Part shown: positions 9,601 through 15,102 of the stretch, in pieces | How the letters are laid out: each line of letters starts with the position of its first letter | Numbering within the stretch: the first letter of the stretch is position 1 | From: Candidatus Zhuqueibacterota bacterium | GTDB lineage: Bacteria > Zhuqueibacterota > Zhuqueibacteria > Oleimicrobiales > Geothermoviventaceae | Direction: 5' to 3' | Length of the DNA: 25,250 bases | Assembly: GCA_034506315.1 (NCBI GenBank) | Contig: JAPDPT010000054.1 | Coordinates: 1 to 25,250 of the forward strand | Notes under the pieces: model-generated | Database searches by the model: none | What the model saw: only the letters and a program-made list of their open reading frames with translations | Told to the model about the DNA's origin: nothing | Made by a program: the position numbers and the translations under genes

Positions 9601-12289
9601 GGACCTCGACGCGCTGGCCGAGGCGGAACAGGCCGCCCTATTCTGGCACGGAGTGGATCTACCCCTGGTACTCTCGTACTGGGGGGACTGGGACGGAAGC
9701 ACACGTCCGTCAGGGCAAGGGCATCGGTTGGTTGCGGGCGCCCTCCTGGAGAACGTGAGTCGGCTGCGAAGGCTGGTCAAACGTCTGCGCTCCCTCGGAG
9801 TACCGCTGGACCTTCCCGCAGAGCTGGAAGCCGAGTTACAAGGGCTTGAGCGCAAGAACCGGGAGTTTTGGAAGCTCCTCGACGAGATCACCAAGCTTAC
9901 CTCCCAGCTGGAGCAGCGCTACCGGAGTGTGCTGCCCATTGGGAGCCGGACCAGCCCCTGGCGACGGCTCGGAATGCGGCTGGGAGTAGCCAAGGACCCG
10001 ATGACCGTTCTGTGGCTCCACAACGACCGCCTCGAGAAGCGGATGTTGCGGCTGCGAGCGCGTCGGCGGGAAAGCCTGAAAACGTACTTCGAGCTCAATG
10101 AGGAGCTTCACCGCACCCTGCAGAAGCAGCTGGAGCGGATCCGGGAGCATCTTGACCAGCGGCCTGTGGCTGAGGAGATCGGTCACTACCGCAGCCTGCT
10201 CCGGAGATTCTTCCTGACCCCGCGCATTCACCAGCGGATGGTCCTGGCGGTCGACCAGTTCGCCGTGGACACCACGGTGCACAACATGGTTGAGATCAAC
10301 GCTCTGGCCGGAGCACACGGGTTCCCGGGTCTGGTCCTTGCGCTGCAAGTGAGCATGTCCACGGATCCTGAAGCGGTGATCGCTCTGGACCGGAAGCTGC
10401 GCGCCAAGTCGGAGGAATTGCTGCGCCGCCACGGAAAGCTCCCACTCCCCAGCATCTGGATTATCCCCCTTTTTGAGGACCTGGAGACCGTCCGCCAGCT
10501 GGAGGGTTACCTCGACCGTCTGTGGGAGTACGCGGTGCAGAGTCGAAGGCTCGGTCAAAGCCCGGCCGACAGGTTCGCCGAGCTCACGTGTGAGCTTTTT
10601 GTGGCCGGATCGGACCTGAGCCAGCAGGTGAGTCAGCCTGCGGGGTACGCCCTCTACCGCGAAGCCAAGTATCGCGCCATCCGCTGGTTTGCGGAGAAAG
10701 AGCTCGTGGGCCGCGTCCGAATCAAGCTGGGCAGCGGAGAGCCTGCGCAGCGGCAGGGCGGTTATTTCGATCCGACCGTAGGGCAGCCCGTGGCAAGGAC
10801 TGAAGGCCAGGCCTACGCCCTGCTTTCCCGCAACTTCAACGAGGTGGAACGCCAGATGCTCCGCCGGGCGACCGAACCTCTACGAGGCGCCATGGCAGGG
10901 GGGGAGTTCCGGACGTTCCAGAGCAATCTCTTCGAGCGTTTGCGTCTGGCCAGTGCTGAGGAAAGAGCCCAGTTCTTCTTTCACGTCCTCAGCAGTCAGA
11001 GGCAATACGAGGGGGAGCTCCAGCGTGCAGCGTCGTCCCTTGTGGAGACGCGGTTTCTCCACCGGGAGCGCGGCCTGCAGGAGTTGGAGGCGCTTACGCT
11101 CGGCCGGAGGGACGAACATCTTCGCCGGTTCCTGGAGGAGCTACCGCAGCACTTCCGCCAGATCCTCTACGGCAGCGAAGAGGATATCATTGGGCTGCAC
11201 GTCATCTCGTACTTCGTTTCGCGGACCATGCCCCCGCTGCGGGACCGGCCTGTGGTCCGTCCCGGGAGAGAGCCATTAGGTGGCCGCGGGCGCGAGATCG
11301 TCGGTCGCATTGCTGAGACGTTGCCCCTCGCCAAGCACGGAAGCCTGTTGCGGGCGATTGGCCACAACCGTGCCCAGACCATGATCCTTGGGGTGAACCA
11401 GCTCACTACGGGCCTGTTCCGCTGCCTCAAAGCCTTCATTGAGAGCTTCGACAACCCGGCGGAGGGGTGGCGGGTGGTCGAGGACAGCATCCTACCCCAC
11501 CTTCCCGTTTACGACATCCTGCACACCCTCCGCCTCTACCATGATCTGGATCTCGAGTACGTCCGGAGGCTCGAAGGCGTCTTCCCCCCGGGCAATTCGG
11601 CCCTGCTGGCCCTGCGCGAGGACAACGATGCCATCCGGGAGTTCATTCCTTCGTTTCAGCGGGAACTGCTGCGGCGCTGCGGTCTGGAAAGCGAGGGCTT
11701 TTTCACGGATGGCCACGTCCGTCGGGATCTGCTCCCCTTGCTTAGGCCTGAGCTGGTGGTCCTCCTTCAGCCAGATCTCTTTAACACGGATTATAACCGA
11801 TTGGTGGACCGGCTCGGCGAGGTCGTGGACAGCGACTGGGGTAGGGAGGTAGGCCGGCTCCTCGAGAAGAGGGACAAAGTACGGATGTGGCGCGCCCGTA
11901 TCTGGGACATCATTGAGGGGCCAGTGCGCTCGCAAGTGGAGAGTTTCGTCCAGTTGGCCCAGGCGGTCAATCGACTCACCGCGGGCGGCAGTGTCTGGGA
12001 TTCGCCGTTTGCCGCCAATCCCGGTGAGGTTCTGAGGCTCGGGGCCCAGGTGGCGAGTCTGTTGCGCGGAGCTGCCGACGACATGATGCGGCAGTTCCTC
12101 ATCGCCGCGGTGCAGTACCTGACGCAGCTTCCGCAAGGGGCCGCAGGTGTACCCATCGAGGTGATCCGGGCGCTGCGCAATGTCGAACGCATTGTGATGA
12201 TCGAGGAGCAGGCGCTCAACGAGAAGCAGCTGGCTTTGGTTCGCTTCTGCACTTTGCAGATTGCACGGCTGTGCGGGGAGAACGGCTGA
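6668..12289 (+). CDS. Giant 1873-aa multidomain protein. It has a degenerate aminotransferase-like domain, then an intact class I/II (AspAT-like) PLP aminotransferase domain, then a divergent phosphoenolpyruvate carboxylase (PEPC)-like domain.
   Basis: A single uninterrupted frame of 5622 nt with very high GC3. The GTG start at 6668 has GAGGGGA upstream. Aminotransferase motifs are listed under the sub-features. PEPC motifs occur in the canonical order and spacing and are also listed under the sub-features. Stop is TGA at 12287-12289. Confidence 0.85.
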   Translation: MRAVQDPFRLKPVETAEVSEISELTASAQVRREDRVNFHIGNPVQDPRLLSMYQRLILGLAPDNGATDPREWIEEHVESRHQAERVHWFLGLVEKSVAYLPRGGFGRRDPGSVARKVHALFTSEAEEPLDYDLGDKSGKREITFVSGGKREAVRLLHYALSRQLEVASFATLLFGFPLPQILRASARGDIIPLPDQEGDVLRLLRERLRSFPDQPHFLLLGRVPTEGLRRAIRRACLEGSLFVVEANGAANHLSLAREAGLANRVLRILDAADLRADLQGLAVAVVLGRADYIDAIEKAHFELKGTPAAPELEFLGYLLNQPLDTSASATPVDGFDLSAAVPEGPRSSYEGLRGTMARVPSAATRVARHVEEVIERLPASCTSALRARHWTVRAPVAIGELHVSFPSASVTDAFPALQPTEIIEQLFTRYADPLWRAQVVESFLSAFLQLHPEYEPEACAVVGGSARTALALLGRYCGLEEAIVPDLSWTYHHCFPRVTAVPLTADFQLDVEGILREVDGRLEADRSWAERGAVVINSPHNASGQIFHQGDLVRLLRELLGRGVWVVDDLSYKGVAPQPGFVRTYSLREIATAMVRQGELRREHLRKLITVHSLSKTDCFAGGRLAVVEILDPALRSRFRRLLQDIAPNLVSCLLAYLFYRNGERIRAFWELRNRVLWERLEALDLACAEVPAERNPYSAKLVRPTGSMYPRLEIERLPEGVSLVRLATGLAVRGIGLVPLSAFARTASGWELARRSFRLTLGGDDPAPVLARKIRRVLIDLNRLIAQEAEGFRRRTLPRARAEEGLGEYSRSWANQWAALKDELESRSRRWLREFARQLPGTDETAEDAFVAEYLPERLAWIRQRLVDRARLADEILWLAQSDRDGLLRGFAHEIRFPELDARRAQFRSRLFDRTVHPTQMYALEVERLTNRLVDELRRKGKVSQETLEKLAASLAAEHLGLNVAIRSAEESWELVVDLDALAEAEQAALFWHGVDLPLVLSYWGDWDGSTRPSGQGHRLVAGALLENVSRLRRLVKRLRSLGVPLDLPAELEAELQGLERKNREFWKLLDEITKLTSQLEQRYRSVLPIGSRTSPWRRLGMRLGVAKDPMTVLWLHNDRLEKRMLRLRARRRESLKTYFELNEELHRTLQKQLERIREHLDQRPVAEEIGHYRSLLRRFFLTPRIHQRMVLAVDQFAVDTTVHNMVEINALAGAHGFPGLVLALQVSMSTDPEAVIALDRKLRAKSEELLRRHGKLPLPSIWIIPLFEDLETVRQLEGYLDRLWEYAVQSRRLGQSPADRFAELTCELFVAGSDLSQQVSQPAGYALYREAKYRAIRWFAEKELVGRVRIKLGSGEPAQRQGGYFDPTVGQPVARTEGQAYALLSRNFNEVERQMLRRATEPLRGAMAGGEFRTFQSNLFERLRLASAEERAQFFFHVLSSQRQYEGELQRAASSLVETRFLHRERGLQELEALTLGRRDEHLRRFLEELPQHFRQILYGSEEDIIGLHVISYFVSRTMPPLRDRPVVRPGREPLGGRGREIVGRIAETLPLAKHGSLLRAIGHNRAQTMILGVNQLTTGLFRCLKAFIESFDNPAEGWRVVEDSILPHLPVYDILHTLRLYHDLDLEYVRRLEGVFPPGNSALLALREDNDAIREFIPSFQRELLRRCGLESEGFFTDGHVRRDLLPLLRPELVVLLQPDLFNTDYNRLVDRLGEVVDSDWGREVGRLLEKRDKVRMWRARIWDIIEGPVRSQVESFVQLAQAVNRLTAGGSVWDSPFAANPGEVLRLGAQVASLLRGAADDMMRQFLIAAVQYLTQLPQGAAGVPIEVIRALRNVERIVMIEEQALNEKQLALVRFCTLQIARLCGENG
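6758..7700 (+). other. Domain: degenerate N-terminal aminotransferase-like copy (about aa 30-340) lacking the Schiff-base lysine
   Basis: It has the N-terminal NFHIGNPVQDP motif (like INLGIGxP) and the ITFVSGGKREAVRLLHYAL motif (like the VTNGaqEAL small-domain start). At the position that my by-eye alignment equates with the SxSK lysine, the sequence is LRILDAADLRADLQGLAVAVV, so Lys is replaced by Ala (codons 7472-7486). The NPTG-like Asn and the DEVY-like Asp are not recognisable. Confidence 0.45.
7950..9070 (+). other. Domain: intact fold-type I (class I/II) PLP-dependent aminotransferase (about aa 430-800)
   Basis: The motifs match the canonical aminotransferase class I/II order: AVVGGSARTALALLGRY, EEAIVPDLSWTYHHCF, VVINSPHNASGQIF (8275-8300, NPTG-like Asn), VVDDLSYKG (8364-8390, cofactor-binding Asp), TVHSLSKTDCFAGGRLAVVE (Lys codon 8513-8515), and a C-terminal ARRSFRLTLGG Arg that should bind the substrate carboxylate. 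Confidence 0.7.
9070..12289 (+). other. Domain: divergent phosphoenolpyruvate carboxylase-like region (about aa 800-1873)
   Basis: By-eye collinearity with E. coli-type PEPC landmarks. VLTAHPTE corresponds to RTVHPTQ (His codon 9419-9421). LLKEAGI...PLFETLDDL...IDWYRG corresponds to LLRRHGKL...IPLFEDLETV...LDRLWEY (10462-10492). MIGYSDSAKDAG...ASWAQYQAQ corresponds to FVAGSDLSQQVSQPAGYALYREAKYRA (10598-10660). LFHGRGGSIGRGGAP corresponds to KLGSGEPAQRQGGYFDP (10722-10775). LRAIPWIFAWTQNR corresponds to LRAIGHNRAQTMILGVNQLTTG (11346-11415). The C-terminal ...MRNTG corresponds to ...CGENG. Confidence 0.6.
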
Positions 12290-12315
12290 ACTGCGCTTCG
12301 CGGGGCGGAATTCGT

Positions 12316-12380
12316 GGGGTGTGCCACGCTCAAACCCCGAGGCGGGGGCGGCGGGTACTCGCGTAGCTAACGCACACCCC
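12316..12380 (+). terminator. Stable branched stem-loop downstream of the giant ORF. A 9-bp perfect inverted repeat (GGGGTGTGC ... GCACACCCC) encloses smaller GC hairpins. No U-tract.
   Basis: The arms are at 12316-12324 and 12372-12380. The inner hairpin CCCCG-AGG-CGGGG is at ~12335-12347. The element begins 27 nt after the stop at 12289. Confidence 0.3.
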
Positions 12381-12599
12381 TCGCACGCCTCTCCGAAATC
12401 CCTGCGGAAGATTCTACCTACGTCATCGGTCTATCTGGGACCGGAGAACTCGCTATTGGAACTCCCCCCGGTGCGTTGTACCTTACGGAGGAGGGGTAGA
12501 AGATCGGATGCTGCGCGGACGGAGCTGCGCGAGAGATTCGAGCTCGCACGCGCTAACGAGAGCGAACCTGGAAGATTCGAGGGAACACAGAGGAAGCCA

Positions 12600-13283
12600 G
12601 TGCGGACGATTCTGTTCGACATTGACGGGACCCTCCTGTTCTCTGGAGGTGCAGGAAGAAGGGCGATGACCCTGGCCTTCCGCGATGTGTACGGCCTGGA
12701 AGACGGGTTCGCCGGGATCTCGATGTCGGGTAAGACCGACGCTCAGATCCTCCGGGAAGCCCTGCTCAGAGCGGGATTGCCCCTCGAGGAGCGCTCCGCT
12801 GCCCTTTTCCGCCAGCGATACTTCGAGCACCTCCGGTCCACAATGAACGACCAGGCCCCGGGGAAACGGCTTGTTCCGGGCGTGAACCAGCTCCTTGAGG
12901 CTCTCAGGGTGCGCGGGGGCGTCTTGCTGGGACTTTTGACCGGGAACTGGAGGGAAAGCGCCTACATTAAGCTGAGGCGATTCGGGATCGACCATTTCTT
13001 CCCCTTCGGCGCCTTCGCAGACGATTCTGAAGATCGCAATGCGCTCCTGCCTGTTGCCATCAGGCGTGCGGAAAGTCTCGCCAGGCGTCAGTTGGAGGCA
13101 GCGGACGTCTGGATCGTCGGAGACACACCGAGAGACGTCGAATGCGGAAGTGTTCACGGTGTGAAGGTGTTGGGCGTGGCATCGGGCGAGTACGGGCCCG
13201 AGGTGCTTGCCGCGGCTGGCGCTACTGCAGTGGTAAGAGATTTTAGGGACGTGCAGGCTGTCCTGGGGATTCTGCTGGCCTGA
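12600..13283 (+). CDS. HAD-superfamily hydrolase (phosphoglycolate phosphatase / beta-phosphoglucomutase-like subfamily)
   Basis: I chose GTG 12600 (VRTILFDIDGTLLFSGG) as the start because HAD enzymes begin at the DxDGT nucleophile motif. AGGAAG lies just upstream with a short spacer. Motif II (LLTGNWRES), motif III Lys and the motif IV VWIVGDTPRDVECG are present. The ORF-track start at 12261 gives a low-complexity N-extension that overlaps the giant ORF, and I rejected it. Confidence 0.65.
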   Translation: MRTILFDIDGTLLFSGGAGRRAMTLAFRDVYGLEDGFAGISMSGKTDAQILREALLRAGLPLEERSAALFRQRYFEHLRSTMNDQAPGKRLVPGVNQLLEALRVRGGVLLGLLTGNWRESAYIKLRRFGIDHFFPFGAFADDSEDRNALLPVAIRRAESLARRQLEAADVWIVGDTPRDVECGSVHGVKVLGVASGEYGPEVLAAAGATAVVRDFRDVQAVLGILLA

Positions 13284-13468
13284 ATTCTGCCCGGGATCGC
13301 ACGAGGCCCTGGCTTCGGGCTGATCCTCTGGATGGCTTGAGAGGGAGCTGGCTGTCGGTTACGTCGTAAGGCCGACGGGGAGTATACGGGCGGGTTCCGC
13401 ACGTAGACGCAAGGAGTAGGCCTTAGGCTTCAGGGGTGTTTTCCGCGGGAGAGGAAGCGAGACCCAGG

Positions 13469-13900
13469 ATGAACGCGAAACGTGTACTGATTGCCCTTCT
13501 CGTGGTGGTTCCCCTTGGATTCGCTTTCAAGTTTTACAAAGGTCCTCTGAACGGCTGGTTCAACGACTACGGTGCGGGGGTCTTGTACGAGGTCTTCTGG
13601 ATTCTTCTGGCCTCACTTCTGTTTCCTGCTCCCTACCACCGAGTGCGCATTGCAGCCGCTGTCTTTGTGATCACGTGCGGCCTGGAATTCCTGCAATTGT
13701 GGAATGCACCGTTCCTGAACGGAATCCGGCGTAGCTTCTTGGGCGCTGCCGTGCTGGGAAGCACCTTTTCGTGGTTGGATTTCCCCCACTATGCCATCGG
13801 CTGTCTCCTCGGCTATTACCTGTTGCGCGGGGTAATCGCCACAGGGAGCAGTTCGGGATCCGTCCGCTCCGGGTTCCTGGCGACCCGGCCGCCAGGCTAA
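13469..13900 (+). CDS. Small integral membrane protein, DUF2809-like (about 143 aa)
   Basis: ATG 13469 (MNAKRVLIALLVVVPLGFAF...) with GAGAGGAAG upstream. Three to four hydrophobic helices. The NGWFNDYGAGVLYEVFWILL segment resembles DUF2809-family proteins as I recall them. The family assignment is from memory. Confidence 0.55.
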   Translation: MNAKRVLIALLVVVPLGFAFKFYKGPLNGWFNDYGAGVLYEVFWILLASLLFPAPYHRVRIAAAVFVITCGLEFLQLWNAPFLNGIRRSFLGAAVLGSTFSWLDFPHYAIGCLLGYYLLRGVIATGSSSGSVRSGFLATRPPG

Positions 13901-14028
13901 GGAAAGCCGGGGCAGCTCGTCCGATGCGGACGGGGCTATTCTCGAGTAGCCGGGAATTGCGAGGACCGGCAAAGAGCGAGAAGCACACCAGTGCTCAAAC
14001 TTGCAAGCCGCAAGGGAGGTGGAGAGAA

Positions 14029-14946
14029 GTGACGGGTCGATTCGGCTCTTTCCTTTTGGTGTGGACGATGGCGCAGCTCGTATCCATAGCGCGGGGGCAG
14101 GAGAGTTCCCAAAGTCTGTTGTCCCTCTTGCCACAGGTGCCTGGGTGGAAGCAATCCGAGGAGCCCGCGTTCTACGATCGGAGCAATCTGTTCGACTATA
14201 TCGACGGAGGTTGCGAACTTTACTACGCCCACGGCTTTCAGCAACTGGCCAGTGCGCTCTACGAATCGACTGCGGACCCAGGTCGAACGCTGACCGTCGA
14301 TATCTACGACATGGGGTCGCCCCTTGGAGCTTTCGGGATCTACGGGGCGATGGTTTATCCGGAATTCCCCTCCGTACCCATTGGCTGCGGAGGGGTGGTC
14401 AGCGACCTGCAATTGCGCTTCTGGCAAGGCCGATACGAGGTGGAGCTCAACGGGGACGTGGACCGGGAGACGCTTCTGGCCTTTGCCGCTGCCATCTCCG
14501 CCAAAATGCCTCCCTGTGAGCTACCGGAGCAAGTCGCTTGGATCCCACGGGAACTCAGTGCTCCGAATGGTCTGCGGTACGCTCCCCATGGTGTTTTGCA
14601 ATTCGCATTCCTGCCGCCTGGAATGGAGGCGGTCTGCCCCGTAGACACGCTGGTGGTGCGTGCCTTTGTGGCACGGGCGGCCACGGCTGACTCCGCCATG
14701 GCAGCGCTGAGTCAATTCAGACGGCACGTCCTTGCCGAGACTCCCCCGGCGCGGCTTCAGGACTCGGCCACGGGCTTTACAGCGAAGAGCCCGCGCCTGG
14801 GACACCTGATGGTGGAGACCTGCGGCGAGTGGGTCCTGGGCAGCGTTTGCCGGGAAAGCGCCGAGGCTGCTGCCAAGGTGCTCGGTCAACTGCGGGAACA
14901 CGTGTGCAACAGGCTTCGGCTCCAATCTGCCAATGAGAAAAAATGA
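14029..14946 (+). CDS. Secreted hypothetical protein (305 aa) with several conserved-looking Cys, unknown function
   Basis: GTG 14029 is preceded by the strong SD GGGAGGTGGAG. The N-terminal signal peptide is RFGSFLLVWTMAQLVSIARG followed by a likely cleavage site before QESSQ. The ORF-track start at 13771 overlaps the DUF2809 gene and has no RBS. Stop is TGA at 14944-14946. Confidence 0.55.
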   Translation: MTGRFGSFLLVWTMAQLVSIARGQESSQSLLSLLPQVPGWKQSEEPAFYDRSNLFDYIDGGCELYYAHGFQQLASALYESTADPGRTLTVDIYDMGSPLGAFGIYGAMVYPEFPSVPIGCGGVVSDLQLRFWQGRYEVELNGDVDRETLLAFAAAISAKMPPCELPEQVAWIPRELSAPNGLRYAPHGVLQFAFLPPGMEAVCPVDTLVVRAFVARAATADSAMAALSQFRRHVLAETPPARLQDSATGFTAKSPRLGHLMVETCGEWVLGSVCRESAEAAAKVLGQLREHVCNRLRLQSANEKK

Positions 14947-14950
14947 CGGA

Positions 14951-14970
14951 CTGGTGCCTGCGGGCACCGG
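14951..14970 (+). terminator. GC-rich hairpin 5 nt after the stop codon (8-bp stem with one G-U, loop TGCG). No U-tract.
   Basis: CTGGTGCC-TGCG-GGCACCGG at 14951-14970. It is followed by CTCGGAACC rather than a T-run, so it may be a terminator or an RNA 3'-end stabiliser. Confidence 0.35.
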
Positions 14971-15102
14971 CTCGGAACCGCCTGGTTTACCCTTGCCCCA
15001 CTTCGCCGAAAATGCGGCAGGACCTCGCGATTGGAGCGCTGCTGGGAGGCCGTGAGAAACAGAGTCCATTCGAGTCGGAGAGCAGTCGGGTAGGAGAAGG
15101 AG

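Noticed and set aside
10266-10300. AVDTTVHNMVE first considered as the PEPC TAHPTE motif
   Set aside because: Its spacing to the PLFE motif is only ~60 aa, against ~360 aa in PEPC. RTVHPTQ at 9413-9430 fits both the motif and the spacing.
11237-11290. PGREPLGGRGREIVG considered as the PEPC FHGRGG glycine loop
   Set aside because: Its distance from the GYSDS-like motif is ~217 aa, against ~38 aa in PEPC. KLGSGEPAQRQGGYFDP at the right distance was preferred. This remains uncertain without a real alignment.
9836-12136. Several 180-240-aa minus-strand ORFs inside the giant gene (9836-10558, 11492-12136, 11791-12333)
   Set aside because: They are all antisense or out-of-frame shadows. The plus-strand frame is continuous for 5.6 kb with consistent codon bias.
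12261-12599. ORF-track start of the HAD gene at 12261, overlapping the end of the giant ORF
   Set aside because: The N-terminal extension is low-complexity. HAD enzymes start at the DxDGT motif, and the GTG at 12600 places it canonically.
13771-14028. ORF-track start of the secreted protein at 13771, overlapping the DUF2809-like gene
   Set aside because: It has no RBS. The GTG at 14029 has a strong GGGAGGTGGAG SD and yields a proper signal peptide.
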